Origin: a bacterium
GTDB lineage: Bacteria > Patescibacteriota > Minisyncoccia > Phycocordibacterales > UBA2100
Length of the DNA: 64,000 bases
Assembly: GCA_016789445.1 (NCBI GenBank)
Contig: JAEUQT010000001.1
Span: 131,603 to 195,602 of the forward strand
Reading direction: 5' to 3'
Shown here: piece after piece, positions 46,030-56,730 of the stretch
How positions within the stretch are numbered: the first letter of the stretch is position 1
Layout: each line of letters opens with the position of its first letter
Notes under the pieces: model-generated
Databases searched by the model: none
The model's input: only the letters and a program-made list of their open reading frames with translations
Told to the model about the DNA's origin: nothing
Program-made: the position numbers and the translations under genes

Positions 46030-48189
46030 ATGCATCCAGACGACGCACTGACAAAATCCCTTCGCCTTGCAGCGCCACAGGTGAGCGCACTGCGCCGCCT
46101 TGGAATCGTAAGCGTACGCGATCTCCTGTATCACTTCCCCTCCCGTCATGAGCGCGCAGGAGCCAGCGCGTCGACGACGCAGCTCATTCCCGGGACGAAG
46201 GTGACGCTCATCGGCCAACTCAGCAAGCTCGAAGCCAAGCGGCTCTGGAAAAGCCGTCGTCCCGCAACAGAAGGATGGTTTACCGATGCGCACGGCCGCG
46301 TGAAAGTCATGTGGTTCAACCAGCCGTACATGGCGAAGATGGCGCCGCAGGAAGTACCGGTGCGTCTCACCGGTTCTGTCGGCGGCTCTGCCGAGCGCCC
46401 TTACATCACGAATCCAGAAGTTGTCGCGGTAACTACCGAGGAGCTCGCCGCCGGTCTTTTCAAACCGGAAAACGAATCTGAAGCAAAGCTGGAAATATTT
46501 CCGATCTATCCTGAGAGCCGCGGCATATCATCGAAATGGTTTTACCACGCCCTGAAGCGGGTCTTTGAAGCAAAAGTGCACGAAACCATACAGGATCCGA
46601 TTCCGGCAGAATTACGCGAACGCTATCATCTCCCTGACCTCTCCACCGCCCTTCTCTGGATTCACCTTCCTGAAGAAGAAAAACATGCCGTCGCCGCGCG
46701 GAAGCGTTTCGCGTTCGAGGAGATATTCACGCTCCAGGTCGCGCGTGCGAAGGATAAGGCAGAGAACGCGTCACTGCCTTCGTTCCGTATCACCGACGCC
46801 CGCGAGCACGCCGCACGATTCCTGAAAGACATCCCGTTTCCGCCGACGAACGCACAGAAACGCGCGATCGAGGAGATCATCACGGATTTCGAGAAGCCGC
46901 ATCCGATGGCACGCCTCCTCGAGGGTGATGTCGGCGCCGGCAAGACGCTCGTCGCCGCGGCAACGGCATATGCCGCCGTCCATTCCCGTCCACCGGGACG
47001 CCTCTCCGGCACGCTGCAGGTCGCGTATATGGCCCCGACGGAAATCCTCGCGACGCAGCATTTCGAATCATTCATCGAGTATTTCAAAGACCTCCCTATC
47101 AACATCGCACTTGTCACCGGCTCCGGTGCCAAGAAATTCCCCTCGAAGACGGCACGCGGCGGCGCAACCGACATCTCGCGCACCCAGCTCCTGAAGTGGA
47201 TCAAGAACGGTGAGATCGCGATGCTCGTCGGGACGCATGCACTCATCCAGAAGAAAGTAGGCTTCCAACATCTCGCATATGCGATCGTCGATGAACAGCA
47301 CCGATTCGGTACGCGGCAGCGCCGCGAACTCGCGCACAAGGGTGACGCCGCACCGCACTTCCTTTCCATGACCGCGACGCCGATCCCACGTACGCTCGCC
47401 CTCACCATCTACGGTGATCTCGATCTTTCGATTCTCGATGAACTTCCACCGGGCCGCGCAAAGATCACGACGGAAATCGTGATGCCGAAGGATCGCGCGA
47501 AGGCCTACGCAAGAATCCGCGAGGAATTGGAGAAAGGTCGTCAGGCGTATGTCATTTGTCCGCGCATCAACGAACCCGATCCTCAGAAAATGAATGCCAT
47601 CCAGGCGAAGAGCGCAAAAGCAGAGGCCGAGCGATTACAGAAAGACGTGTTCCCAGATTATGAAGTGGGACTCCTTCATGGCGGTATGAAGCCTGCGGAA
47701 AAAGACAGGGCGATGACGCGATTCGAAAATGGCGAGACGCACATCCTCGTCGCAACCTCCGTCGTCGAGGTCGGTATCAACGTGCCGAACGCGACCTGCA
47801 TCCTCATCGAGGGCGCCGAACGCTTCGGCTTGGCCCAGCTCCATCAGCTGCGCGGTCGTGTCCAGCGCTCGTCACATCCCCCGTTCTGTTTTCTCTTGCC
47901 GGAGACCAAGGGCGAAGCGGCAATGAAGCGCTTGAAAGCACTCGAGAAATCGAGTGATGGATTCAAATTGGCCGAAGCGGATCTTGAGACCCGCGGCGCA
48001 GGAGATCTCTACGGCAGCCGTCAATGGGGCATGTCGGATCTGGGTATGGAAGCGCTCCAGAATGCGAAACTCATCCAAGCCGCACGCTCTGAAGCACATG
48101 ACCTTGTCGCGAAAGACCCTTCGCTCTCGCGACACCCTGCCCTTCTCGCGAAAGTCGAGAAGGCACAGGCGGCACATCATCGCGAATGA
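46030..48189 (+). CDS. recG: ATP-dependent DNA helicase RecG
   Basis: ORF 45670..48189 trimmed to MHPDDALTKSL. Wedge domain, GDVGAGKT, DEQHRFG, and the TPIPRTL and QLHQLRGRV motifs. Confidence 0.93.
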   Translation: MHPDDALTKSLRLAAPQVSALRRLGIVSVRDLLYHFPSRHERAGASASTTQLIPGTKVTLIGQLSKLEAKRLWKSRRPATEGWFTDAHGRVKVMWFNQPYMAKMAPQEVPVRLTGSVGGSAERPYITNPEVVAVTTEELAAGLFKPENESEAKLEIFPIYPESRGISSKWFYHALKRVFEAKVHETIQDPIPAELRERYHLPDLSTALLWIHLPEEEKHAVAARKRFAFEEIFTLQVARAKDKAENASLPSFRITDAREHAARFLKDIPFPPTNAQKRAIEEIITDFEKPHPMARLLEGDVGAGKTLVAAATAYAAVHSRPPGRLSGTLQVAYMAPTEILATQHFESFIEYFKDLPINIALVTGSGAKKFPSKTARGGATDISRTQLLKWIKNGEIAMLVGTHALIQKKVGFQHLAYAIVDEQHRFGTRQRRELAHKGDAAPHFLSMTATPIPRTLALTIYGDLDLSILDELPPGRAKITTEIVMPKDRAKAYARIREELEKGRQAYVICPRINEPDPQKMNAIQAKSAKAEAERLQKDVFPDYEVGLLHGGMKPAEKDRAMTRFENGETHILVATSVVEVGINVPNATCILIEGAERFGLAQLHQLRGRVQRSSHPPFCFLLPETKGEAAMKRLKALEKSSDGFKLAEADLETRGAGDLYGSRQWGMSDLGMEALQNAKLIQAARSEAHDLVAKDPSLSRHPALLAKVEKAQAAHHRE

Positions 48190-49530
48190 TTACTGTACGA
48201 TCGTGATCGCTGCGGTATCGGTATTCTGCAGCGAAGCACCGCGCTTGAGCGTAATAGTGTATGAACCAGGACCCGAATACGTGTGCGTGAGATCCTTGCC
48301 GATGACCCCTGAAGAGCACGAGCCTTCCGCCTGTACGGCATGCGCCGTGCCATCACCCCAATCGAGATCGTAGCGCGAGCACGAAGAATTGATATCGAAG
48401 AGTGCACGCGCCTGCAGCGGATTGCCGTTGATGCCGCCGGAGACCGAGAACTGACCACCCGATGAGGACACAGAGCCGCCCGCATTGACCGAGACCGAGC
48501 CGACATTCACTGCCGGAGTACCACGATAAAGACGCGCGACATACGTGCCGCTGGAAGTATAGGTGTGCGGCACCGAGAAGTTCGTCGCACTGCAGCCTGC
48601 GACCGCGATATTCGCACTGGAGCCGTCACCGAAATCGATTCGATACGGACCGGAATTACACTGCGCACCCGAATTCACGAGACCCGTGAAATTGACCGTG
48701 AGCGGCGTTGCACCTGAAGTCGGCGAGCCGGTTACCGTATCAGAGGATGGATTTACCACTTCATTACCCTGCGTGACCGTGACCGTTGCCGAGACCTGGT
48801 GCGTTCCTGCACGCAACAACACCTGATACGTGCCTCCGCGCTGATACGTATGCGGGAAGGTCTGCTGGATCTCATTGCATCCGTTTTGCGGCACGGAGAC
48901 CGAAGAGCTAGGCGTGCCGTCTCCGTAATCGATGACGTAATTCATGGAACCGCAGTTGCGCGCCGTATTCACGGTCGCTTCGACCATGACATTGAGCGGT
49001 GAGACGCCGGTCGTCGGGGTGACGCGGATGAATCCGCTTACCTGCCCTGCCGTACCGCCAGTCGAGGTCGTTGCGCCGCCATCAGGACACTGCAGCGCAA
49101 GCAACGCCGCAGTACGCGGACCCGTGACGCCATATCCGGTCGTCGCCGGCGTTCCATCGCAGACGAGCTTGTTCTTGCACTGGAAGCGCTTCACCGCAGC
49201 CTCGGTAAGTGCGCCGTAATAACCGGTGACTGAGCGCTCAGGATAGACGGATGAATCCTGCGCGAGGAATTGCTGGAGACGCGTGACATCCGCACCACTA
49301 TCTCCAAGTTTAAGGACGCGACTGACGCGCGGACATGAACCCGCTGGTGCGGGCGACGTCGGCGTCGAAGTGGTAGGAGTCGTCGGCGTGCTGCCTATCT
49401 GCTGCTGTAGCTGTTGGATGCGCTGCAAGAGGCTGCTGATCTGGGCGGCAAGCTCTTCCTGCGTTGCGGCACTGACAGCGACCGGGACGAGGATCGCGCT
49501 GATAATCAGGGTCTGGATGATTCGTGACAT
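48190..49530 (-). CDS. secreted protein: peptidoglycan-binding domain plus PKD-like repeats
   Basis: Signal peptide MSRIIQTLIISAILVPVAVSA. PG_binding_1-like LKLGDSGADVTRLQQFLA...GYYG..T..AV..FQ. Three or four repeats of DYGDG....HTY...GTY. Confidence 0.8.
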   Translation of the reverse strand: MSRIIQTLIISAILVPVAVSAATQEELAAQISSLLQRIQQLQQQIGSTPTTPTTSTPTSPAPAGSCPRVSRVLKLGDSGADVTRLQQFLAQDSSVYPERSVTGYYGALTEAAVKRFQCKNKLVCDGTPATTGYGVTGPRTAALLALQCPDGGATTSTGGTAGQVSGFIRVTPTTGVSPLNVMVEATVNTARNCGSMNYVIDYGDGTPSSSVSVPQNGCNEIQQTFPHTYQRGGTYQVLLRAGTHQVSATVTVTQGNEVVNPSSDTVTGSPTSGATPLTVNFTGLVNSGAQCNSGPYRIDFGDGSSANIAVAGCSATNFSVPHTYTSSGTYVARLYRGTPAVNVGSVSVNAGGSVSSSGGQFSVSGGINGNPLQARALFDINSSCSRYDLDWGDGTAHAVQAEGSCSSGVIGKDLTHTYSGPGSYTITLKRGASLQNTDTAAITIVQ

Positions 49531-49567
49531 GGGACAATTGTCCCACACCCTACCCTCGCCGCAACCG

Positions 49568-50029
49568 TCAATTCACAAGCGCCATCCTCAGAGCAGCAAT
49601 GGTCGCCTCGATGCCTTTATTCGCTTTGCCGCGCGATCGCGCCTTCGCCTGTGCGAGATTATTCGGAGTGATGACGCCAAATCCGATGGGTACGCCGGTA
49701 GTGAGCATAAGCTGGGTGAGGCCGTGCGCGACGGCGTTGGCGATGTATTCATCGTGCTTGGTCTCGCCCTTGATGATGCACCCAAGTGTGATGACGACGT
49801 CCACCTTCTTCTTGATCAGTTTCGCGCTGGCGAGCGGCAATTCGAAACTACCAGGGGCACGCATGACCGTAATGGCCTTTTCAGGAACCCTCCACTCTTT
49901 GAGCGTTGCGAGTGCCGCCTCGAACATCGAGCCGGTTATATCATCGTTGAATTCGGATATGGCTATACCAACTTTGAGGCGGGACGCGTCACCGACTGCC
50001 TGCGCCTTCGCATAGTGGGAACGTTGCAT
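49568..50029 (-). CDS. ribH: 6,7-dimethyl-8-ribityllumazine synthase
   Basis: VPG(S)FELP, TKHDEY and GVPIGFGV motifs. Confidence 0.92.
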   Translation of the reverse strand: MQRSHYAKAQAVGDASRLKVGIAISEFNDDITGSMFEAALATLKEWRVPEKAITVMRAPGSFELPLASAKLIKKKVDVVITLGCIIKGETKHDEYIANAVAHGLTQLMLTTGVPIGFGVITPNNLAQAKARSRGKANKGIEATIAALRMALVN

Positions 50030-50041
50030 CGGGACACCGTA

Positions 50042-50623
50042 TCACCTTCCCTTCAGGGTCGCTAGATGACGAGCGATCAGATCTGTTTCGATATTCACAC
50101 GGCTGCCTTTTTTGAGCGCGCCGAGTGTCGTGTGCAGGAGCGTATGTGGAATGAGGGCGACCGTGAATGAGTCCGCGGTACGCGCGGCCACGGTCAGGCT
50201 GACCCCGTTCACGGTAATCGAACCCTTCGGCGCCAGATATTTCATATGGATGCGCGGGATGCCGATGCGTATCTCTCGCGAAGTCCCGCGCACCTTGATT
50301 TCTTTCACAACACCGAGACAATCGACGTGACCTTGCACGAAGTGCCCGTCGAGCCGGTCCCCTATTTTGAGTGATCGCTCCAGGTTTACGATGCTACCCT
50401 GCGTAAAATCTGCCGCGGTCGATACGCGAAGTGTCTCGGGCATATACGTCGCGCTGAACGAGCCCTTCCCAATCCCTTCGACGGTCGTACAGATTCCATC
50501 AACTGAGATGCTCTGTCCGGGTATCAGCTTCCATCCATGCGGCTTCTCGATGCGGACCTGGAGGCTTTTCGCTTTCTCCACTGCACGGATGCGCGCCTTC
50601 GCCTCAATGATGCCCGTAAACAT
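50042..50623 (-). CDS. ribE: riboflavin synthase alpha chain
   Basis: MFTGII start and a duplicated GxSIxVxGxCLT-like barrel motif (SISVDGICTTV / SITVNGVSLTV). Confidence 0.92.
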   Translation of the reverse strand: MFTGIIEAKARIRAVEKAKSLQVRIEKPHGWKLIPGQSISVDGICTTVEGIGKGSFSATYMPETLRVSTAADFTQGSIVNLERSLKIGDRLDGHFVQGHVDCLGVVKEIKVRGTSREIRIGIPRIHMKYLAPKGSITVNGVSLTVAARTADSFTVALIPHTLLHTTLGALKKGSRVNIETDLIARHLATLKGR

Positions 50624-50625
50624 AG

Positions 50626-50979
50626 TTATGCGAAATACGCCATGATCGCATCGATGTCGGCCGCGATCGCCTTCTTGAGTTCCGCCTCGTCTTCAAATCG
50701 CTGGTCCTCGCGAATCTTCTTCTTCAATTCAATCGTCGCCTCGAGGCCATAGAGGTCATCTTCAAAATGCAGGAGATGCGCTTCAAGGAGCTTGCGGCGC
50801 GTGTCTGCATACGCAGCCGCGTGATACGGAGAACCTTTGATCGTCACGATGGCAGCATAGATTCCGGAAACCGTCTCGTCCTCGAGCGGGATATTCAGCG
50901 TCGGGAAACCGAGCGTCTTTCCGGTCCCATTGCCGTGCTGGATGATGCCTTTGAAGATCATGTGCACGCACTGTCTCAT
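50626..50979 (-). CDS. riboflavin kinase domain protein (monofunctional RibF C-terminal type)
   Basis: G.V..G.G.G..LGFPTLN and E.H....D.DLYG motifs. An alternative start is MIFKG at 50961. Confidence 0.8.
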   Translation of the reverse strand: MRQCVHMIFKGIIQHGNGTGKTLGFPTLNIPLEDETVSGIYAAIVTIKGSPYHAAAYADTRRKLLEAHLLHFEDDLYGLEATIELKKKIREDQRFEDEAELKKAIAADIDAIMAYFA

Positions 50980-50982
50980 GTC

Positions 50983-51148
50983 GTCACGGATAATTCAATG
51001 AGTGTCAATATCGAGTCCCCAGGGATAATTTTGTCGCCGTCGCTCCAAAATTTCCCCGGGCCTGGCTCGCGGTCGCGCGTACTCGCGCGACATCGCTCCG
51101 CCTCGGACCAGTAAACAAAAACAGCGCTCAATGCGCTGTTTTTGATTC
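50983..51148 (-). repeat. tRNA-trailing element, subfamily 1 (after tRNA-Ile), no distal direct repeat
   Basis: GTCACGGATAAT at 50983. There is an inner hairpin CCCAGGGATAATTTTG..CAAAATTTCCCCGGG, P-a GTCGCGCG tact CGCGCGAC (51072-51091), catcgctccgcc, and a short inverted match ggaccag. A bidirectional terminator ACAGCGC tcaat GCGCTGT lies at ~51121-51139. Confidence 0.8.
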
Positions 51149-51225
51149 TGGTCCGCCCTCTTGGATTCGAACCAAGGACCGCAAAGGTATAAGCTTTGTG
51201 CTCTAACCAACTGAGCTAAGGGCGG
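51149..51225 (-). tRNA. tRNA-Ile with genuine UAU anticodon, CCA encoded
   Basis: CCGCCCT TA GCTC AGTTGGTTA GAGC A CAAAG CTTATAC CTTTG CGGTC CTTGG TTCGAAT CCAAG AGGGCGG A CCA. Confidence 0.85.
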
Positions 51226-51260
51226 ATGCAAGCGATTATAGGCGCGCTTCCCTGTGGACG

Positions 51261-52400
51261 CTAGCGTATGACTTTCGCGACCGCCTTCGCGACTCGTTTG
51301 TCGAACATATCCGGCAATATCTTCCCTGCAGTCGGCTTCGGCGTGAGCGCCGCAATCGCCTTCGCGGCTTTCAGTTTCATTTCTTCGGTGATGCGCGTCA
51401 CCTTATGGTCGATCGCACCGCGGAAGATTCCCGGAAAGACGAGCGAATTGTTGAGCTGATTCGGGAAATCACTGCGTCCGGTTGCAATAACTGCCGCTCC
51501 ACCCTTCTTCGCTTCGTCCGGCATGATTTCAGGAATCGGATTCGCGAGCGCGAAGACGATCGCGCCCTTCTTCATGAGTTTGATATCTTTTGCTGTTGCG
51601 AGCCCAGGACCGGAAACACCGATGAGTACATCCGCACCGATGAGCGCATCCTGCAAGTTTCCGGCAAGATTCTCCGGATTCGTAAACCCCGCAAGCTCCA
51701 TCTTCTGGCGAGAAAGATCTTCGCGATGCACGCCGATGAGACCCTTGCTATCGAGGATGAGGATGTGTTTTGCACCCGCAGCACGCAAGAGATACGTGAC
51801 CGCCGCACCTGCGGCCCCTGCCCCGCTCACCACGATGCGTACATCTGACATCTTCTTCTTCACGACTTTCAGTGCATTGATGAGCCCCGCAAGGACGACG
51901 ATCGCGGTCCCGTGCTGATCATCGTGCATGACCGGTACATTCAATCGCTCGATGATACGTCGTTCGATATCGAAACACTTCGGCGCGGCGATGTCTTCCA
52001 AGTTTATGCCGCCGAACGCCGGCGCGATGCGCACCACTGTTTCTACGATCTCATCCGGCTCCTGTGTGTCCAGAACGATCGGCACCGCATCGAGATCGGC
52101 GAAGGTCTTGAAAAGAGCAGCTTTCCCTTCCATGACCGGCAACGCGCCAAGTGCGCCGATATTACCCAAACCGAGAACCGCGGAGCCATCCGAGATAACA
52201 GCGACCGTCCGGCCTTTCATGGTGTACTCGCGGGCCTTCTCTTTATTCTTCGCAACGAAGGTAGAGACCGCTCCCACTCCCGGCGTATAGACGAGCGAGA
52301 GATCGATGCGGTTCTTGATGGGTTTTGCCGGCACAATACGAAGCTTGCCGCCTAATTTCTTGTGGAGCGCGAGGGCTTTCTTGGAGACGTCTTTTGCCAT
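51261..52400 (-). CDS. NAD(P)-dependent malic enzyme (short, MaeB N-terminal type)
   Basis: LSLVYTPGV, the GLGNIG dinucleotide motif and FNDDQHGTA-like MHDDQHGTA. Confidence 0.93.
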   Translation of the reverse strand: MAKDVSKKALALHKKLGGKLRIVPAKPIKNRIDLSLVYTPGVGAVSTFVAKNKEKAREYTMKGRTVAVISDGSAVLGLGNIGALGALPVMEGKAALFKTFADLDAVPIVLDTQEPDEIVETVVRIAPAFGGINLEDIAAPKCFDIERRIIERLNVPVMHDDQHGTAIVVLAGLINALKVVKKKMSDVRIVVSGAGAAGAAVTYLLRAAGAKHILILDSKGLIGVHREDLSRQKMELAGFTNPENLAGNLQDALIGADVLIGVSGPGLATAKDIKLMKKGAIVFALANPIPEIMPDEAKKGGAAVIATGRSDFPNQLNNSLVFPGIFRGAIDHKVTRITEEMKLKAAKAIAALTPKPTAGKILPDMFDKRVAKAVAKVIR

Positions 52401-52495
52401 ATCAGCGGGAGTATAGCACCCGGTCTCCAGCGCTTGCTATTCCCTCCCAGAAGTGGATACTGGGCTTTTAGTGTGCTCTTACAAAGGAGGAATTA

Positions 52496-53722
52496 ATGGC
52501 ACCTCGTAGAGCGACCGCACCTGCGGCTCGCACGAAGCCGAAACTGAGGCGTAACCACGAGCTTCTGCCGTGGTACGACCAGGAAGTGCTGCGCATGTGC
52601 GCAGAGTTCGGCGGAATCTTCAACGCACACGCACATCTTGACCGTGCGCATACGCTTGAAGATACGTACTTGCGACACATCGGCACCACGCCGCTTGAAG
52701 CAAGCAGCCTCCCCCTCTCGGTGAAGCAGAATCTCGTCGGTGACCTCCACAAAGGACCCGCCTATACGAGAGAGAATCTCACCAAACGGATGAGTTACGC
52801 GATCGACCTTCAGATCGCGTATGGCGTTACGCGGCTCGATACCAATATCGACGCAACGCCTGATCTTCCGGATGATGGCCTGCTCGCTATCAACGTCGCC
52901 CTTGAGCTGAAGAAGAAGTACGCAGCGCAAGGATTCGATCTTCGCATCGCGCCGACACCCATCTTCGGGTTCAAGCACGATGAAAACGATCGACTGAGCC
53001 GATGGGAGGTCTTCGCGAAGGCAGCCGAGAAGTGCGATTACCTCTCGTTGCTGCCGGAAAAGGACGACTACCCCAAAGGAAGCAATCCTGACGGGAAAGT
53101 CGGTTTCAAGCGACACATTCGCATGGGAATGGAGCTTGCCTGCAAGCTCGGCAAGGAGGTGCAGTTCCACCTCGACCAGATGAATGTTCCCGGCGAATGC
53201 GGCACCGAGCGATTGCTCGATGTCCTCGAAGTACTGGACATGCCGTTCGTCTCCGGCCAGAAATTGCCGGCACCGACGGTCTGGATCATTCACATGATCT
53301 CGCCGTCGGCATACGACGAACTGCGGTTCGCACGCCTCATTGACCGCCTCTTGGAATTCCATGTGGGCGTCATCGTCTGCCCCAGTGCCGCGCTCTCGAT
53401 GCGTCAGCTTCGTTCTATCGAAGCCCCGACGCACAACTCGATCGCACGCGTTCTGGAGCTGGTGAAGCGCAGGGTCCCGATCCGACTTGGTACCGACAAC
53501 ATCGCAGATGTCTTCGTCCCGCAAGGCGACGGCGACATGCTTACCGAGATCAAGATAGGCGGCGTGGGCCTTCGGCTCAATCCTCCATCGATCTGGGCGA
53601 AGCTCGCGAGCGGCAAAGCGCCGAACAATGTCGATATCAACGGCGTCGGACGGATCCTCCACGAGGAACGCAAGGCCAACAGCAACGTCGGGCCTCCCGG
53701 CTGGAAACCAGCCGTCGAATAG
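52496..53722 (+). CDS. amidohydrolase-superfamily protein (cytosine-deaminase-like)
   Basis: HxH metal motif (FNAHAHLD), a later HLDQ, and GTDN..D. The opposite-strand ORF 52493..53746 is its shadow. Confidence 0.7.
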   Translation: MAPRRATAPAARTKPKLRRNHELLPWYDQEVLRMCAEFGGIFNAHAHLDRAHTLEDTYLRHIGTTPLEASSLPLSVKQNLVGDLHKGPAYTRENLTKRMSYAIDLQIAYGVTRLDTNIDATPDLPDDGLLAINVALELKKKYAAQGFDLRIAPTPIFGFKHDENDRLSRWEVFAKAAEKCDYLSLLPEKDDYPKGSNPDGKVGFKRHIRMGMELACKLGKEVQFHLDQMNVPGECGTERLLDVLEVLDMPFVSGQKLPAPTVWIIHMISPSAYDELRFARLIDRLLEFHVGVIVCPSAALSMRQLRSIEAPTHNSIARVLELVKRRVPIRLGTDNIADVFVPQGDGDMLTEIKIGGVGLRLNPPSIWAKLASGKAPNNVDINGVGRILHEERKANSNVGPPGWKPAVE

Positions 53723-53778
53723 TCGCAAAAAAGCCGCGGCGCACATGCGCCGCGGCTATTCTTTATTGGCTTTTTTTG

Positions 53779-55707
53779 TTAGACGAGCGGCGCGTGCTCG
53801 ATGTCCTCCTTCTTCTTCGGCACGATGCCGTTGGCGATGAGAATCTTCTCGAATTCATCGCGCTCAAGGTTTTCTACTTCGACGAGCGCTGCGGCAATCG
53901 CATCGAGTGCCTTGCGATGCTTCTTGATGACGTCTTCCGCGCGCTTATACGCACCCATCACGATCTCCTTCACTTCATCGTCGATCTTCGCGGAGACATC
54001 CTGCGAGAGCTCGCCCGGTTCGATACCGGCACCGAAGAGCGTGCGGCCCGGCGCCATTTCAAGCGCCATCGGTCCCATCTTTTCGGACATGCCGTACTTC
54101 GTGACCATATCGCGCGCAAGCGCGGTCAAGACCTGCAAGTCGTTCGATGCACCGGTCGTGATGTCGCCATACACCTCCTTCTCGGCGATGTAACCGCCAA
54201 GGGAGACTGCGATGTCATCGAGGAACTCGAGCTTGGACTGCATGCGGCGATCTTCGAGCGGAAGCTTCAACGTGTACCCTGCTGCGCGACCGCGGGAGAT
54301 GATCGAGACCTTGTGGACCGGATCTGCGTACTTGAGGATGGATGCGATGATCGCATGACCCGCCTCGTGATACGCCGTGATCTCCTTCTCCTTCTTGTTG
54401 AGGACATGCGAGCGGCGCTCAGGTCCGAGCATGACCTTCTCGATCGAACGGATGAGGTCGTACTGCGTGATTTCCGTGCGATCTTCGCGCGCCGCGAGGA
54501 TGGCACCTTCGTTCATGAGATTCGCGAGATCAGCGCCTGAGAAACCAGGAGTTCGCTCGGAGATGACACCGAGGTTCACATCCGGACCCATCGGCTTCTG
54601 GCGTGCATGGACATTGAGGATCTCCTCGCGATCACGACGGTCCGGCAGATCGATGGTGACACGGCGGTCGAAGCGACCCGGGCGAAGAAGCGCAGGGTCG
54701 AGGACATCCGGTCGGTTGGAGGCAGCCATCACGATGACTTTCTCGTTCGGCTCGAAGCCATCCATCTCGACGAGGATCTGGTTGAGGGTCTGTTCGCGCT
54801 CATCGTTACCGCCACCGACGCCCGTACCGCGGATGCGGCCGACGGCATCGATTTCATCCATGAATACGATCGCGGGAGCTGCACGCTTTGCCTGTTGGAA
54901 GAGATCACGTACACGCGATGCGCCGACACCCACGAACATCTCGACGAATTCTGAACCGGAGATCGAGAAGAACGGGACACCCGCCTCGCCGGCAACTGCA
55001 CGAGCGAGAAGCGTCTTACCGGTTCCCGGAGCACCCATGAGAAGCACACCCTTCGGGATACGCGCACCGATCTGGATGAACTTCTTCGGATTCTTCAAGA
55101 AATCGACGATCTCGGTGAGTTCGACTTTCGCTTCGCGTGCACCGGCGACGTCCTTGAACGTGACTTTCTGGCCATCATCTTCCGGCGAGACGAGGCGCGC
55201 CATCGAGCGACCGAAGGTGAATGCCTGCATGCCTGCGCCGCGCACCTGACGCGAGAGGTACCACATGATGCCGAGCAAGAGGAGGACCGGGATGAGAAGC
55301 GGGGCGAGCGTGAGCGCCCAGAAGCGGACACCACCCTGATCTTCCACCGTCACCTTCACGCTCGCGATCTCATCCGGCGTGAGGCCGTAGTTCGCGAGGG
55401 TCTCCGTAAACGACGCTTCGGTTTCCTTGCGGGATTCCTTTTCGGATTTGTCGTTGTAGGTCGCGGTGATGGTGTCCCCTGCTACCGTGAGTTCGGCAAC
55501 GATGCCCGAGCGGACATCCGCAGCGATCTGCGAGAGCGGGACCTCTTCGGTCTCCGTCATGAAATATTCGCGCACCGCACTGTAACCAGCGGAGAGCACG
55601 AGGAAGATCGCAAACGCGATCGCGAGCTGGGTCCAGATGTTCGGACCCTGCGGCAGGACGACTGGCTTCTTGCCTTTCTTCGGCTTCTCGGAGTTCTCTT
55701 CGGCCAT
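53779..55707 (-). CDS. ftsH: ATP-dependent zinc metalloprotease FtsH
   Basis: Two transmembrane helices, AAA Walker [14 protein letters not shown], the SRH, and the HEAGHA zinc site. Start set at [11 protein letters not shown]. Confidence 0.96.
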   Translation of the reverse strand: MAEENSEKPKKGKKPVVLPQGPNIWTQLAIAFAIFLVLSAGYSAVREYFMTETEEVPLSQIAADVRSGIVAELTVAGDTITATYNDKSEKESRKETEASFTETLANYGLTPDEIASVKVTVEDQGGVRFWALTLAPLLIPVLLLLGIMWYLSRQVRGAGMQAFTFGRSMARLVSPEDDGQKVTFKDVAGAREAKVELTEIVDFLKNPKKFIQIGARIPKGVLLMGAPGTGKTLLARAVAGEAGVPFFSISGSEFVEMFVGVGASRVRDLFQQAKRAAPAIVFMDEIDAVGRIRGTGVGGGNDEREQTLNQILVEMDGFEPNEKVIVMAASNRPDVLDPALLRPGRFDRRVTIDLPDRRDREEILNVHARQKPMGPDVNLGVISERTPGFSGADLANLMNEGAILAAREDRTEITQYDLIRSIEKVMLGPERRSHVLNKKEKEITAYHEAGHAIIASILKYADPVHKVSIISRGRAAGYTLKLPLEDRRMQSKLEFLDDIAVSLGGYIAEKEVYGDITTGASNDLQVLTALARDMVTKYGMSEKMGPMALEMAPGRTLFGAGIEPGELSQDVSAKIDDEVKEIVMGAYKRAEDVIKKHRKALDAIAAALVEVENLERDEFEKILIANGIVPKKKEDIEHAPLV

Positions 55708-55782
55708 GATTGGCGCATTATACATATATGGGCACTGAACGGAAGATGAAGCCAGCGGCACCATGAATGCTATAGTCTCCCC

Positions 55783-56226
55783 ATGTCTCTCATCCGGAAC
55801 GACAAAGTCGGATTCGATTACACCATCCTTGAGGAGATCGAGGCAGGTTTGGAATTACTCGGCCTTGAGGTGAAATCCCTGCGTGCCGGACAAGGTTCTC
55901 TTAAAGGAGCACGCGTCGTCGCCCGCGGCGGTGAGGCATACTTGGTAGGAGCAACGATCCCCGCTTGGCAGGTGCTCAACGCTCCGAAGACCTACGACGC
56001 CCTGCGGACCCGCAAACTCCTCCTCTCAAAGAAACAAATTGCCCATATTTCAAGCGCCGAAGGACAGGATGGCTTGACAGTAGTGCCTCTTGCGGTGTAT
56101 AATAAAGGAAGGAGATTGAAGCTCGGTATCGCCATCGCCCGCGGTAAGAAGAAGGCTGACAAACGTCAGACTATCAAGGAACGCGACACGAAACGGCAGA
56201 TCGAGAGGACATTGAAAACTAAATAG
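55783..56226 (+). CDS. smpB: SsrA-binding protein SmpB
   Basis: GLELLGLEVKSLR...YD..R.RKLLL...I pattern and a basic C-terminal tail. It lies directly upstream of tmRNA. Confidence 0.93.
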   Translation: MSLIRNDKVGFDYTILEEIEAGLELLGLEVKSLRAGQGSLKGARVVARGGEAYLVGATIPAWQVLNAPKTYDALRTRKLLLSKKQIAHISSAEGQDGLTVVPLAVYNKGRRLKLGIAIARGKKKADKRQTIKERDTKRQIERTLKTK

Positions 56227-56346
56227 CGACTGATTCCCTTTCAGTCCTTCCCCATGAGATATTGGTCATTTTGCAGAGTACGACAGTTACAGAAAATTCC
56301 TGACACGAAAGAACTCGGTAGCAGAACAGTAATTCGATATCTCACG

Positions 56347-56730
56347 GGGGATGATTGGCTTCGACAGGGAGATCGATGCATATACATGCATGGCGGAAGT
56401 GGGTATCTTCCCAAAAACACCCAAACTCTAAGTGCAAACAAAACTGCACGGGGGGTTCTCTCGCCTATTCAGGTGAAGGACCTCGGCTTTGCTTTCGCGT
56501 AAGCCAAGGCAACCGTTCGTTCAGAGGTCTCCAATACTCTGATGCGAGCGTCATATCATTGGATACGGCTTCCCTATCACACCGTAGGTTAGTCTAAAGA
56601 AAGAGTGTCCGACGCGAAGCGATCTTGTGCGTTCCATACTCTCCGCGTTCAAAACCTTTGAACGCCCTACGCCTTGTAGATGTGTGTATGCGTTTCTCTT
56701 TGCACCGCGGTTCGATTCCGCGCATCTCCA
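56347..56730 (+). ncRNA. ssrA: tmRNA (SsrA)
   Basis: The 5' GGGGATGATTGGCTTCGACAGGGA pairs with the 3' ...GCGG TTCGATT CCGCG CATCTCC A (G3-U70). The tag frame 56434-56499 encodes ANKTARGVLSPIQVKDLGFAFA, then TAA. No encoded CCA. Confidence 0.93.

Noticed and set aside
52493-53746. 417-aa minus-strand ORF almost exactly mirroring the 408-aa plus-strand ORF
   Set aside because: The plus-strand product has an amidohydrolase HxH metal motif and balanced composition. The minus-strand product is R/D/E/C-rich with no motif.
56254-56502. 82-aa ORF inside tmRNA
   Set aside because: Only its last 22 codons (56434-56499, ANKTARGVLSPIQVKDLGFAFA) are meaningful, as the tmRNA tag reading frame. The rest is tmRNA structural sequence.
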